A stretch of DNA of 64,000 nucleotides from Lama glama (taxonomy: Eukaryota): positions 4,464,001-4,528,000 of the forward strand of contig JAPYYK010000086.1 of the NCBI GenBank assembly GCA_028534125.1, read 5' to 3'. Below the pieces are notes generated by a model. That model had not been told where the DNA came from. It worked only from the letters and a program-made list of their open reading frames with translations, and ran no database searches. Every line of letters starts with the position of its first letter. Within the stretch, counting starts at the first letter, position 1. A program made the position numbers and the translations under genes. Positions 38,730 through 50,905 of this stretch are shown here, piece after piece.

Positions 38730-39200
38730 TAAAATTAACTGCCTTCCTCCCCCAAGTATCTGTTTCCCCCTTTTGTCCTTTTAGCAGGAGAAGTCTCCCC
38801 CACCACCCTAGAACTTCTGGCTGGGCGCATGTTTCCTGAGCTACACACTACATTTCTCAGATTCCTTTGCAGCTGGAAGTAACCATGTGACTAAGTTCAT
38901 ACCAATGATACGAGGTGAGTATGAAAGAAATGAGAGCAACTTCCAGGTTATTTACTTAAAACACTTGCCCTAGACTCGCACTGCCCCTTCCCATTGATTG
39001 GAAAAAGGGACCACTGAAACAGCTTTGGGCTCGGAGACGAAGCTCTGTAAGATGCAAACCCTGACCTGCCAGCCTTGGACCTTGAATGACCCTGTGGAGC
39101 AAAGCGGCCCGAGACCCACCTGGGTCTTTTTGTAGAGAAGTGTGAGAGAAATAAACTTATTTAAGCCACTGTATTTTGTGGTATCTCTCCTACACATCAC
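38730..39200 (+). mobile_element. Old MLT1-type LTR
   Basis: ACATTTCTCAGATTCCTTTGCAGCT...CCATGTGACTAAGTTC...GAGAGAAATAAACTTATTTAAGCCACTG. Confidence 0.7.
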
Positions 39201-41080
39201 ATAGATAATTTTTGTGACTCCTTCCTCCTTCAAGACTATCATAATTTTCTATTATTGACTTATTTCATATTGACAGAATGTCGTCCACAAAGGTACAGTC
39301 CTAGCATCCCAAATTTCTGATTGAGTCCTGGGTTTCTCCAAGACCTTCTTAAGAAATCAAGTCCCTCCCACAGTCTAACACAGGAACTCAAGACAACACT
39401 TAATTCCCACATTGCTTGGAGTCCTCTACACCAGTCCCCACCAAAATTATGTCACATTTCTCACGCTTCAATTGAAGTCACATTTTCTTTCCTTGTTCTC
39501 ATGGGAGACAAAGACAATGTTAAGCCACTTTCCATAAAAAGTCCTCCTAAATACAAGCCTTGCCTAAAGCACGACTCATGCTATTGGTAACTGTAATGGC
39601 AAATGTACGTAGGCAGAAAACTTTCAGCTCAAAGTTCACGCAGGAGAGAAACATAGGTGTCATTCTGGAATGTTATCTTCTCCTAGGACATTACTATAGG
39701 GCAGTGCCTATCAGTGTAAACCTAACAGTCAGAAATGATATCAGTATTTAATGAGAAGATAGTATTCAATAACCTTAACACGTCTCTTAGCTGACTTGAC
39801 CTCAGTATTTTCATTCAGTGAGGCCACCAATCATCCATAATTTAATTCAAAAGGAAATTACTAGTGTTACCTTTCCAATAAGAAGCAAGACTGGAAAAAC
39901 ATTCAACAAGTCGCTTAACCCGCAGACGTCTCTAGGTCCCTGAATAAATGATACTTTCTCCCTTTTGCCACCGATAAGCAATTTCATGTTTTTCAAAGAG
40001 TGAAACACAGTTTTACAAACCCCTCTAGTGATGAGGATGATTCATTGCTGCACATGAGGGGAAGCTGAAAGGGTCAACTTTCCAGAAAAGTTCTAACATC
40101 AACAAGCATCAACTTGAACGAAGGGTTATAACCTTCATCCTCGAGAGCTGCAAGTTGGCCATTGTTCTTTACCATCCCGCTGCTAATGCAAAAGGACCTC
40201 AAAAGGTAAATACCTTTTTTAGTTCTCTGCTTGGAGAGTTGGATGTGTAACCCTGATAGGGCTAACGGCAGCGGTGTGCCTGATTTCACATTCAACCTGC
40301 TGAATATTTACCCTCCCCTCCCAGAGTTTACGAAAACAAAGCAAACAAGAAAAGCTACAGAAATCTGTGTGGAATATTAACAACTCAGCCAAACTTTTCA
40401 AAGAGAGGGAGGAAGGAAAGAATGGAAGGGCAAATGTAACTTATGAAGCAGTGTCAAGTTGAAGTTCAAAAAGGAAACATCAAAACCCCGTACAGAGACG
40501 GAGATTTCAATGTCACAGATTTCCTGTAACTCTTGGGCTTATTCATTGCTTCCTTTCAAAAACACAGAAAGCTGGCGGCACAACCTTGCAATCTCAGAAA
40601 GGAGGTGCGGATGGGAAGGGAGGGCTTGAGAGGGTTTTGAAAAGACCTTGCAAAGTTCTAACTAATTAAACACTTCTGAGGGCTCATTCTGTCTCTTCCG
40701 ACAGGGTTAGGGAGGTTAAGGTGCTCGACGAGAATGCTCTGCGGTAGTTACTTGTGCTGGCCAAGGTGAAATCAACAAAGTCAGTCTTGGTAAGAGACTG
40801 TCAAGTACTTTTCTTTTCTTTTTTTTTTTTTTTAAAGTAAAATTAATTCATAGATGCCAAGTCTGAAATGATACAAACATGTTCCTCTTGAAGTCAATAC
40901 CTGGGCCCAGGGAAATCAGGAACAGAATATTATATTATATAAATGGCAAAGAATGAGATAATCTTTCTTCTAACATGCCAATTGCAGGTCTACAGGGCAA
41001 ATGCCCACACAGGTTTCTCCTGCCATATCTCTTCGGGTCACCCAGTTCAATGTCCTTGGATAAAAAATGGCCCATTTTAG

Positions 41081-41241
41081 NNNNNNNNNNNNNNNNNNNN
41101 NNNNNNNNNNNNNNNNNNNNNNNNNNNNNNNNNNNNNNNNNNNNNNNNNNNNNNNNNNNNNNNNNNNNNNNNNNNNNNNNNNNNNNNNNNNNNNNNNNNN
41201 NNNNNNNNNNNNNNNNNNNNNNNNNNNNNNNNNNNNNNNNN
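41081..41241. other. Assembly gap (161 N)
   Basis: Run of N. Confidence 1.
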
Positions 41242-42015
41242 TGTGGGTCCATGGTATTTATCACTTAATATCTAGGTTCAACTCCATTTTACAATTCCAT
41301 GTCTAAAAAATAGCACCAAGGAAGGCTTATAAATGTTGATTCAACCCTATTATTTCAGAGAGCAGATTATGTCTAAACGCCTTTTTGGGTAATCTATGTC
41401 TAGATCCCAAATACTACATAGATTTAATCACAGCTTCACATCAACAGGGAATCATCTGTTTTGGCCATTCATGCTCCTTCAAGGTTTGAACAAAAGAATT
41501 TCTCCTCTAAAACATCTTAAGTCTTGTCCTCAAGATACAAATTCAAATATAAGGTGAAATGGTTGTGTTTTACTTGACCCTGTGACACTGTTAGTCTCTT
41601 GAATAGATGAACAAGCTCTTCATTTCAATCTTTTGCTCAATAACTGCCAGACATGACCTAAATCAATCTATCTTCTAGCCTCTGGAACCATGCAAGCATC
41701 TTACCTAATAACAATTTAGACTGCAGACAGTTATAATTTGAACTTAGTGGTCAAACAATTCTCAGAGGCATGTGACTTTCTGACTGCCTCATCGCTAATA
41801 GAAAGAAATGCCATCATGAGCCTTCGACGTTAGAAATTTAAAAATCTAAAACAAAGGCTATAATGGGCAAAAAAAAAAAATTTAAATTGCTATTACCATG
41901 ATGACCTGTGGCCATTCAAAATGATTTCTGGCTGGTTTCACAGTCTTGGAGAAGATGAATCATCTCTCCAGGGAATGCAGAGGTTTGGCTAACATTGCTT
42001 AAGAAATATTTTGGT

Positions 42016-42342
42016 ATCACATGGTATTTTTCTTTCTCTTTCTGGCTTACTTCACTTAGTATGAGGAAACAAACTCATGGTTACCAGGGGGGAAGGGATG
42101 GGGAGTGATAAATTGGAAGTTCGGGATTTGCAGATGCTAACTACTCTATATATAAAACAGATAAACGACAAGGTTATATTGTATAGTACAGGGAACTATA
42201 TTCAAGACCTTGTAATAACCTACACTGAGAAGGAATGTATATATAACTATATATGTATAAAACTCTATCACTACGCTGTACACCAGAAACTAACATAATA
42301 CTGTAAACTGACTATACTTCAAATTGAAAAAAAAAAAAAGAA
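42016..42342 (+). mobile_element. L1 3' end with a 5' inversion
   Basis: 42016-42063 is the reverse complement of L1 sequence seen in sense at about 54518-54565; 42064-42340 is sense 3' UTR plus poly-A. TSD AAGAAATATTT(T)GGT at 42001 and 42343. Confidence 0.9.
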
Positions 42343-42401
42343 AAGAAATATTTGGTCATGAGCTTTATGAACCTGAAGATAATTACTTGGCTTCAGTTTA
42401 T

Positions 42402-42403
<2 letters not shown>

Positions 42404-42445
<42 letters not shown>
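42404..42445 (+). repeat. (CA)n microsatellite
   Basis: Direct reading. Confidence 0.95.
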
Positions 42446-42448
<3 letters not shown>

Positions 42449-44417
42449 GTATAGTTGCTTTCTAAATCTTTATCTCCAGCCTGGAATTCTTGTACTGTTG
42501 ACAGAATCACTGAGATATTCTCAATATCTGAATCCAACATTCCCAGAACTTGAACTATTTATTTTCCAACCTTACTGAAGAGTCTTCTCATTTATTGTTC
42601 CAGTCTTCTCTTAAACCCCTGACTTCCCATTTGCAGAAGCCACTGAAAGGAAGGAGCAGCTTTACAAGAAATACTCGTATTGTGTCGTGTGGCAGTGTTC
42701 AAATTTGATCCCCCCTCATAATCACCAGTCCTCCGACCTCAGGCTTGCATCCACTCCCTACAAAACAGCCGTCATCATCCTAATGAGGGTTTTCAAAGTC
42801 AGCTCTGTGAAGCTCTGAGGGGTCTTGGGAGGGACCTCCTTCAACAAGAGCAGCTTGCTTTGTTTTAAATATTGAAAATTTCATGTTAAAAAAAAGGAAT
42901 GTGACAATTTAACAACACCTGCACTTTGAAAAATACAATTTTGAGGTACAAAAATCTCATCATTTTATAAAAAGAGCTTTGAATTTGGAGCTTGGAGATG
43001 GAAGGCTTAAGTTTTCACATTTGAATTGAGGGGAGGTTGGACCTGATGGAGTTTAAAGTCCCTTCTGACTTTAATGCACTAAGCCTTTAGATTACCTCTT
43101 GACCCACCTGAATCCTTGGATCTCCTGGGTTCTCTGTTAATTAGTGCTTCACTTAGACTTTCCCATTTATGGTCTCTGCATCTCTATGTAAGTTACACAG
43201 CAATTTCACTCCTGGCAATGGCAGAGGGAGTGCCATCAGGCCAGTGGTCTCACAGGTAACAATGAGAAGCCACACAGAATGTAAAAACCAACTGCGTGAA
43301 GGCACACTTACAGGCAATCCAAAGCAGGAATATTTCTATTAATATGCGTTTATTAATAAAATAAAACAGATATAATTGTAGGAAGTAATCCAGGTGTGAG
43401 ATAATGGATAGGCTGTGTGAATACACTTTGCACCCTGTAAATGTCGTACAAAATAAGCAACATTACCAACAATTCATATTTATAGGTTAATACTTAAAGT
43501 ACTCTCCCATCTGGGTCCACCTAGTTCTCTCACTTCCTCTCAAGTATGCCCAGTGAACACACTGCTCCTGTCAAATAAGGGTTTTCCTTGTCCTCAAATC
43601 CAATAAGCTAGATCCTGCCTCATATCTTTGTTCATAACATCTTGTCTTTTTGGAATGTACTCCTCCCTTTCATCCCCTATCCAGTTTTCACTCTCCAGAA
43701 ACACCTCCTCCATGAAGCCTTCCGTGATCTGTCAACTGCAATGCTCGTGAACACATCACAGCTCGTTGGGCACAAATAGCTGTTCCATGCCATCACTTGT
43801 ATTGTTTTTGTACGAGTTGCTTTAACTCTTTTATTGCTAACCAATTTCTATAAAAGCACACATTTTCTCTTTTCTTCAGGTGTGCTGTTGTCATTTCAGA
43901 ACTTTAGAAATGAATCATGGAATAAAAAAGAACTTGAAATCAGGAATATGTTCATAAAAAAGGGCTTAAGTCTAGGTCACTAAGCCCACTTCCACCCAAA
44001 GGCACCAAGCTCCTGTCTAGCCTAACAGATGAATGGCTTTATATTTATTTTTAATCCTCAACTCAATCACTGCCTAGTGTTTCTCTGGTTGTGCTCTTAT
44101 TGAGTTGAATTCATCCCTTTCTCCATCCCCTATGCATCTTCTGAGCAAAATACTTCCAATCATGAACACTGAGTATTTATAGACTATCTCAATCTGCATT
44201 ACTTTATACATGTTATTTCTAAGACTCATAATAACCTGAAAGTTAAGTGTCACTGCCCCATTTTACTGATGAGGTCCAGAGACATTAAAGTCCAGATTCA
44301 GAAAGTGGCTCAGTTAGGACTGGCACGTATTCTTGCTTGGCTTCAATGTCTGTGCTGTCTACAGGCTCTCAAACTATGTCCCTGCCAGCAACGGCAATGG
44401 GAGTATTCTTTTGGCTC

Positions 44418-44883
44418 GATGGTTCTCAAAGTGTGTCTGAGGGTCACTGGGGTTCCCCAGGTCTCTTTCAGGGAGCCCATGAGAGCCTTTCTTTCCACCT
44501 ACACATCTACGTGAGACCAGATTTTCTTCATATACTTCGACCAAAACAACAATCATGATAGATTAAACACAAAAGCACATACAAGAATCTAGCTTTTTTT
44601 CTGTTAAGACAGACAGGAAAGAGATTTGCCAAAACCTAAACAATGTCCCTCTTTTTGTTTAGAAAAATACAGTCAGTTTTCTTTAAACATAATATTAATT
44701 ATATTAACATACACTGGTTATATTATTGTTATTTTAAAATAAATAAAGTACTAAGTTAAATTCTCAGTATTAATTGCTAATATGCTATATATTGATAAAT
44801 ACAACCCACATAAGCAATTTGGAGTCTTCTATAATCTTTCAGAGTGAAAAGGAAGCCTGAAACCAAAAATATGAGAACTGCTG
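44418..44883. mobile_element. hAT-Charlie non-autonomous element (MER119-like)
   Basis: TIR-like ends GGTTCTCAAAGTG and TGAGAACTGCTG. Charlie-type internal GTGAGACCAGATTTTCTTCATATACTTC. Confidence 0.65.
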
Positions 44884-46391
44884 CTTTAGACAAGCACAGA
44901 AACATTCAGATAAATGAATCCACCTATGCAAAACTTGCTACAAGTAAATTTAAACAATGTATCTTGATAGATAAAGATTGTAACAACGACATCTGCCTTT
45001 TGCAGCCACACAGAGTAAGGAAGCTGAATTCCACTTCCATACACTGCCCTTGCTGTGACTGTTTCTTCCCTGGTCTGAAGTTTCTCGTGGGGTGAGGACC
45101 CTGTAACCCCACTCCTGTATCATTGCCCACCGGCCATGATTTACAACATGCTTTCACTGTGCACCCCATGAAAAACCGCAGCAACCCACTTACTTGGAAC
45201 CACCAGCTGAAGTGAAGGAAGCCAACATTTCTGACTTTATCTTAAGAGACATTCAGAGAAACTGAGGGTCTCAGTATCCGTTATGTCCAGGACAATTAAG
45301 TAGATGACTGCTCCACTGCAAAATTAATTTATCTACTGCGTTCTTTTTTCTGGTCGCTCTGTCCTTTAAGCCACTTTGTGGGGCTGAATATTATCTAGTG
45401 ATGACATGCACATAGCATATCTGTGGGGAGATTAATATGCGGGGCTGCAGGAGGCTCTGTATTCACTCACTGATGACCTTAGAGATACTCAGACACCGCG
45501 TGCAGTGTCATCAGCCTACAGTTTTGCCTTTAGAGCCAAAGAACCATCGCTCACAAGGTCTAGACATACAGCCATAGATGGTAAGTTGGACAGAAAAATA
45601 AAGAAATTTCTCTTTTGGACTCAGTGATCAGGTGCTTGTCTTAGGAAACAGGAAGAGAAAACGTCAGGTGTTCATCTGGATGTTTTCATTTATGACTTTG
45701 GTTGTGGAAAACAAGCAGAAAAAGAAACTGGATGACTGATGGATTTTTTTTTTCCCTTTACCTATTTTATTAAAATGTCTTACTGGCAGGAAAAGGAACA
45801 TGTATCCTTTAACAGAAAGAACCAGTTTAGTCATAGCTGAATTCCTGCTCACTGTATCATCTTGGGTAAGTTATTTTATGTCTTTGGGCCTTATTTTTAA
45901 AGTTATAACAATCAAAGGGTTGGCCCCAATAGATCCTTTGATCTCAAACATTATAGGATTCTATGAAATATCACCTGTTTATTGCTCAAAAATTATATTC
46001 CCTATTTTCTCACGGTGAAGATGATTTTACTTAACACCTGTCACATATAGGAGAAATTGTAAAAAGGCATTAAATATCAGGTTCCACGAGTTCATGCTTT
46101 GTTCCTAGGATGACTATAATTCTATTGGTCTATTCGTGCAAAAAGGAAGTGACTATCCAGACGCAACGAGGTGGAAAGATGAGTAATTATCAATGAATTA
46201 AATCCATTTTATGCTCCCCTTTCTTTCTTCAAAGACGGTTCCTCTCCCACTCTTCTACTTTGTCTGTGGAGGCTGGCTACAATGCTTGACGTGACAGCAA
46301 GCTGTTAGCTTTTAAGAGAAGCAGGAACACCTTTGCTTGCATGTAACTGAACTGGCGTCACTCCACCCCTGGGAAACAGCCTAGCACAGAG

Positions 46392-46578
46392 CAATGACTC
46401 TCACAATGTGGACTCCAGACAAGCTGCATCCTCCTGACCAAGGAACCTAAAAGAAATGCAAGTTCTCAGATCCCACCCAGCCCTACAGAATCAGAACTTC
46501 CGGATGTAGGACCCAGCCTTCTGTACTTTAATAAAAATTTCAGATTATTCTAATGCACGCTGAAGGTTGGGGACTTCT
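46392..46578. mobile_element. MER5A MITE
   Basis: AGAAATGCAAGTTCTCAGATCCCACCCAG...GAATCAGAAC. Confidence 0.7.
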
Positions 46579-46719
46579 AACATGAACGAACAGGCGTAGC
46601 ATTTGAAATCTGTCTCCACTTCTTACGGAGTAAACGTCAATCAGTAATGTTATGTCTTTGGGAATCAGTTCCCTTATCTATAAAATGTCTATCTGTAGGA
46701 ATGACAAGAGTGTCTTACT

Positions 46720-47420
46720 GGCTCTAACTCCAAACTACATCTCAAATCTCCATTGATTTTCCTTCCTTGAGTGCTAGCCACCAGCCTCTCTCACCTGGTT
46801 GGCGTCCTGACCCACTGTCCCGCTTTTACTCTTGGCTCCCTGTCATCTAGTCACCACAAAGCAACCCCCGTTGTTTTCTAAAAGCATGAATCTGATTGGC
46901 TCATTCTCCTGCTTAAAATTCTCCAATGGTTTCTCATTACAATCGGAATAAAACCCAAACTCTGCCCAGCCTACAAGTAATGCGTAATCTGTCAACCGCC
47001 CATGTTTCAAAACCTTTTGCTCCTTCTCACCATGACTTAACCTCCACTGGTTTCCTTGATGCATCTCACACATGTTAAGCAGCTTCCTGTCTCAGGGCCT
47101 TTGCACTTCTTTACCTTCTGCCTGGAATGTACTACCTCTTGAAAGCCTGGCTCTTTTTCATCCTTTATGTTTCAGCTCAGAAGTCAAATCTCAGACAAGT
47201 CTTCCCTGACTACCTTATCTTCCCACGCCTTTCTTCTATTCTTAGTTATTTTCTATCATAGCCTCCTAATCATTCTCTTCACACTCTCATCACATGAAAT
47301 TTTCCAGCTCATTTATTTGCTTCATAGTATATTGCTTGTCAACTGCTAGTCAAAGACAACTTCCTTGAAGACAGGGGTTTGTCTTACAGCTCTAAGTGCC
47401 TAACATTGTCTGCCCTATGG
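46720..47420 (+). mobile_element. L2 3' region
   Basis: CTCCTGCTTAAAATTCTCCAATGG...CTCAGGGCCTTTGCAC...TCTGCCTGGAATG...TTCCCTGACTACC. Confidence 0.8.
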
Positions 47421-48179
47421 TAGGCAAAACAGAAAGGTTTTTTTTTTTAACAAATTAATAATATATTAAAATCATTTGGAAAATATCTACCTTTAAGCAA
47501 CAAAGATCTGTAGTTTTTCACCCGTGAAAATATAACAGATCTAGTTTTAGGAATTTTTTTATGCTGAAAAATGTCTGAAAGGGCAGATTAAAATTAGACA
47601 CATTCTGGTCAAGTATAAGTCTTGGCAAAAAGAAACTGGGAAGATGGGCTAGGGGAAAAAATGTTCTCTGTCTGAACTAGTTTCTGTTCTTCCTACATCC
47701 CAAATGTGAGTAGCACGTGCCAACCCAAAGACACAGCCACAGCGCAAACCAGAAGCAGGGGCTCCGCCCAGGGAGTGAGTGGAAGTGCCACCCCCAACAG
47801 GGATGTGGAGGAAGATTAAATGGTTCCAGTGCAAGAACAGAATAACCGCCCTTATGGCAACCCAGAACAGAAGTCAGCACACCTGTCTGTGGTGGTTGAA
47901 ATCAAGAGGTGATGAATGGGATGCACCAACTTGGAACCAAAAACAGAGAAGCAGGTTTCTAAGCGGAAACACAAGGTTTATAATCCCCAAGCACAGCACA
48001 TCTTCATGTTGTAAGAAATTATCTCGTCAACAAAGACAGGATGTTCACGGGTAAGTGACTAGGGCTACTTTCTTCCCGTTTGTGAAATACACAGTGATTT
48101 TAATTATAATAACTCATTTAAATTGGAGATCCAGGCAGCTGGATATTAGGAACATTCTGAAAACCCAAAAGAGACCGAA

Positions 48180-48181
<2 letters not shown>

Positions 48182-48251
<70 letters not shown>

Positions 48252-48253
48252 AA
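48182..48253 (+). repeat. (GAAA)n microsatellite, about 18 units
   Basis: Direct reading; it produces the KKER-repeat spurious ORF. Confidence 0.97.
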
Positions 48254-50010
48254 AAGATGACAGCCAAGCACTTTTGTATAATTAAGCTCTCCTGTGACAA
48301 TGAAAACAGTTCGATAATTTCCGTGTCACTGATACACTAGCTGAGGAAAAACAAAAGAATAAACATACAGGCAACAGCCCAGTACCATGGAAGTCAACTC
48401 ATCTGACAAGCTTCGAACACCGAGGGTGCTTGACAGCTGCGGAAAAAGCTGTGTTATCTTCAGCAAAAGCAGTCAAATTTCATTCTGCTTTTTTCTCCAC
48501 GCATGCATGCAGATAACCTCATTTAAAAGGGAAACACTGTTAGGACTTGATTTTCATCTTCAAGGCAGGATCCCTGAAAAAACCTTTCACTGTACAAGGC
48601 TGGGTGCCAATGACAAGGGTTATTTTCCAAAACAGGAACTCCGGAGTATTCTCCTTCCAGTGCAGGAAATCTCAGACCTACTAGAGAGCCAACTTCAGGT
48701 GACAGAATATTTCATACTCTTTTAACTTACTGAAAACAGATATTTCACTTAAAAGAAAATCATAGAAGTGAATGTGACTTCAATGAATTTGTTGAGCTAC
48801 TCAAATAACATTCAGGAACAGCCACCGCTGAGTCAAAAATTCAATTCAACTAATAAAAAAGAGAAAACATTGTCCATATATCAGAATATTTTCAGGTTGC
48901 CCCTTCTTGACATATGAGAAATACTTATTACACTGGTGAGAAAAATGTAGCCTCAGCACTTAAAAATTATCTCACTGAACAAATCTGTAAACTTCAGTCA
49001 AAATCTCCACCCAGTTTCTCATCATGCTTCTAGAAAACCGTCTATGACTAGTTAACAAAATTCTTTCTCCATATCTTAAAACCAAAATGCTCCGGAAGTA
49101 GAATTGGCAAAACAGACTTTCGTGGTATCCGCTATTGCAAGAAGTAAGAACGTTTAGCGCTCTGGCCACATCTTGCCCCTGAAGAACTACTCTCATCATT
49201 TGAATATACACTGTTGTTTACTTAAGCCATTATTGAGCAATTATCAGTCTATAATACTTATTTTCAATACTCCAGACAGATGGGATTCAGCCATGTTCCA
49301 GTTTGGGAGAACTCAATTTGCTTTCAAAATGCCTACCCGATGAAATCCCTTTCTGGATTTCAAATCAATATCTTAACAGGGTTTCCAAGATAGGCTCAAC
49401 TGAAGACCACGTGCTAGAGGTTTTACATTTATATTATGTTTGGATCAATGCCGACGATTTGATTGGAATAGAAGCAGCTGCACATAAAAAGTCTTCGGGG
49501 TGAGAGAGATTTGTCGCGCTCCACTCTGACAGAAACTAAATTTGGATAGTGTGCATTTTGAAATGTTCATGGTACCACATTAAACCGCTACCAAATAGGA
49601 GCAATTACAAAGGATTAACACAAGCTCCAAATCAAAATTCAAATGAAGAAAAACAGAGAGCTGAAAAAAAAATAAATCAAGAGCATGAATAACATAACAT
49701 TTCCTGTGTCAGATTTACAGCTTGATGGCAGGAGCGAAAATGGTTCCTTTGCAAGTGTGTTCACACTAATATCCATCCTCCAAACACATCCGCCTAACTT
49801 CTTCCTCTCTGCTCTGTCAACATCCTTGCCCCCCACCTTCACTCTCCACGCCCCAAATCACCCAGGGAATGCTAATTAAGCAGCAAACCAAGGGTTTCAC
49901 ACAATCCCATTTTGTGCAATCCTTCTGGAAAAGCCTGAATGCAAACCTCCCAGCTTATGATTTTTATAACAAAAAGGTCAACAAATGATAAACTGGAATC
50001 ACACACTTAC

Positions 50011-50195
50011 CATAAAAAGTCAACTGTCCCCTGGCAACGTTTTTCCCTCTTGAATTTTCAGCCACACATTCGTATAAACCAGCATCCTCCTGCTGAAAAT
50101 TGGGGATTTCAAGGATTCCATTTGACTTGTGTCTTCTGGCTTTCCTTGCTATCAGCTTTCCATCAGCTCTTCTCCAGATGATAGTTGGTACTGGA
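50011..50195 (-). CDS. CNTN4: Contactin-4 exon (Ig3): [61 protein letters not shown]
   Basis: Acceptor ttcgctatcag|T, donor G|gtaagt; 185 nt, phase 2 to 1. Ig C-strand W and DxGxYxC motif. In frame with both neighbouring exons. Confidence 0.97.
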
Positions 50196-50785
50196 CTGAT
50201 AGCGAAGAAAAAAAGGAGTGACTCAAATTAGAGAATATGGTATCTTTTATTTGAACCTATGCTCCTAACAAACCCTTCCTTCTCGGAAGGGTTTATATTA
50301 TACGCTTGCACTAGACACTGTTTCCTGAGCTTCGTTTATGCACTTTAACACCATTATGATTTTAGCCATATCTACATCTCTAGTAGTATTATATACTTGA
50401 TGTTTTTCTTAAAAATCAATAACCTTTCTTAAACTTATATAAGGTAATCTATGTAATCTTCCATGCAATATGAATACTGAAATAAAAACAGACTTTTATT
50501 TGCTTGTTAAATTTTTTCTAGTGTATCTGCTTTTTCAAAATCATAAATACGAAAAATGCCCATGCTCAGATGCGGGGAATTAAAGATGCCTCCACCAAGA
50601 TGAGGTCCAGGCCCTCTCTCCCCCTTGACCCTGGTGGGTTCCTGGGCTCCTCTGCTACTGAAATAAGGCAGAAGGGATGTGGCGTCAGTGTCAAGGCACT
50701 GGTAGCTTCCACTGTCTGCCTCTTGGAACACTCGCTATGGAAGCTTACCAACGTATATAGCAGTCTATTAAGAGGGTGGTTTTTT

Positions 50786-50905
50786 GGGGGAGGGTATAGC
50801 TCAGTGGTAGAGTGTGTGCTTAGCATGCAGAAGGTCCTGGGTTCAAACCCCAGTCCTGCCACTAAGTGAATAAATAAATAAACCTACTTACCTCCCCCTC
50901 CTAAA
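50786..50905 (+). mobile_element. tRNA-derived SINE, camelid Vic-1-like
   Basis: GGGGGAGGGTATAGCTCAGTGGTAGAG start (A box), GGTTCAAACCC (B box), TAAA-repeat tail. 13-bp TSD AAGAGGGTGGTTT at 50770-50782 and 50906-50918. Confidence 0.9.

Noticed and set aside
40074-40295. 73-aa minus-strand ORF as a hidden exon or retrogene
   Set aside because: No Ig-like or other recognisable motif, no TSD or poly-A, and the flanking CNTN4 exons already join in frame.
48055-48300. ORFs with KKER or FFLS repeats
   Set aside because: They are translations of the (GAAA)n microsatellite.
50786-50865. tRNA-Ala-like gene
   Set aside because: It has an AT-rich tail, a TSD and a second diverged copy at 37.3 kb, so it is a SINE rather than a tRNA gene.
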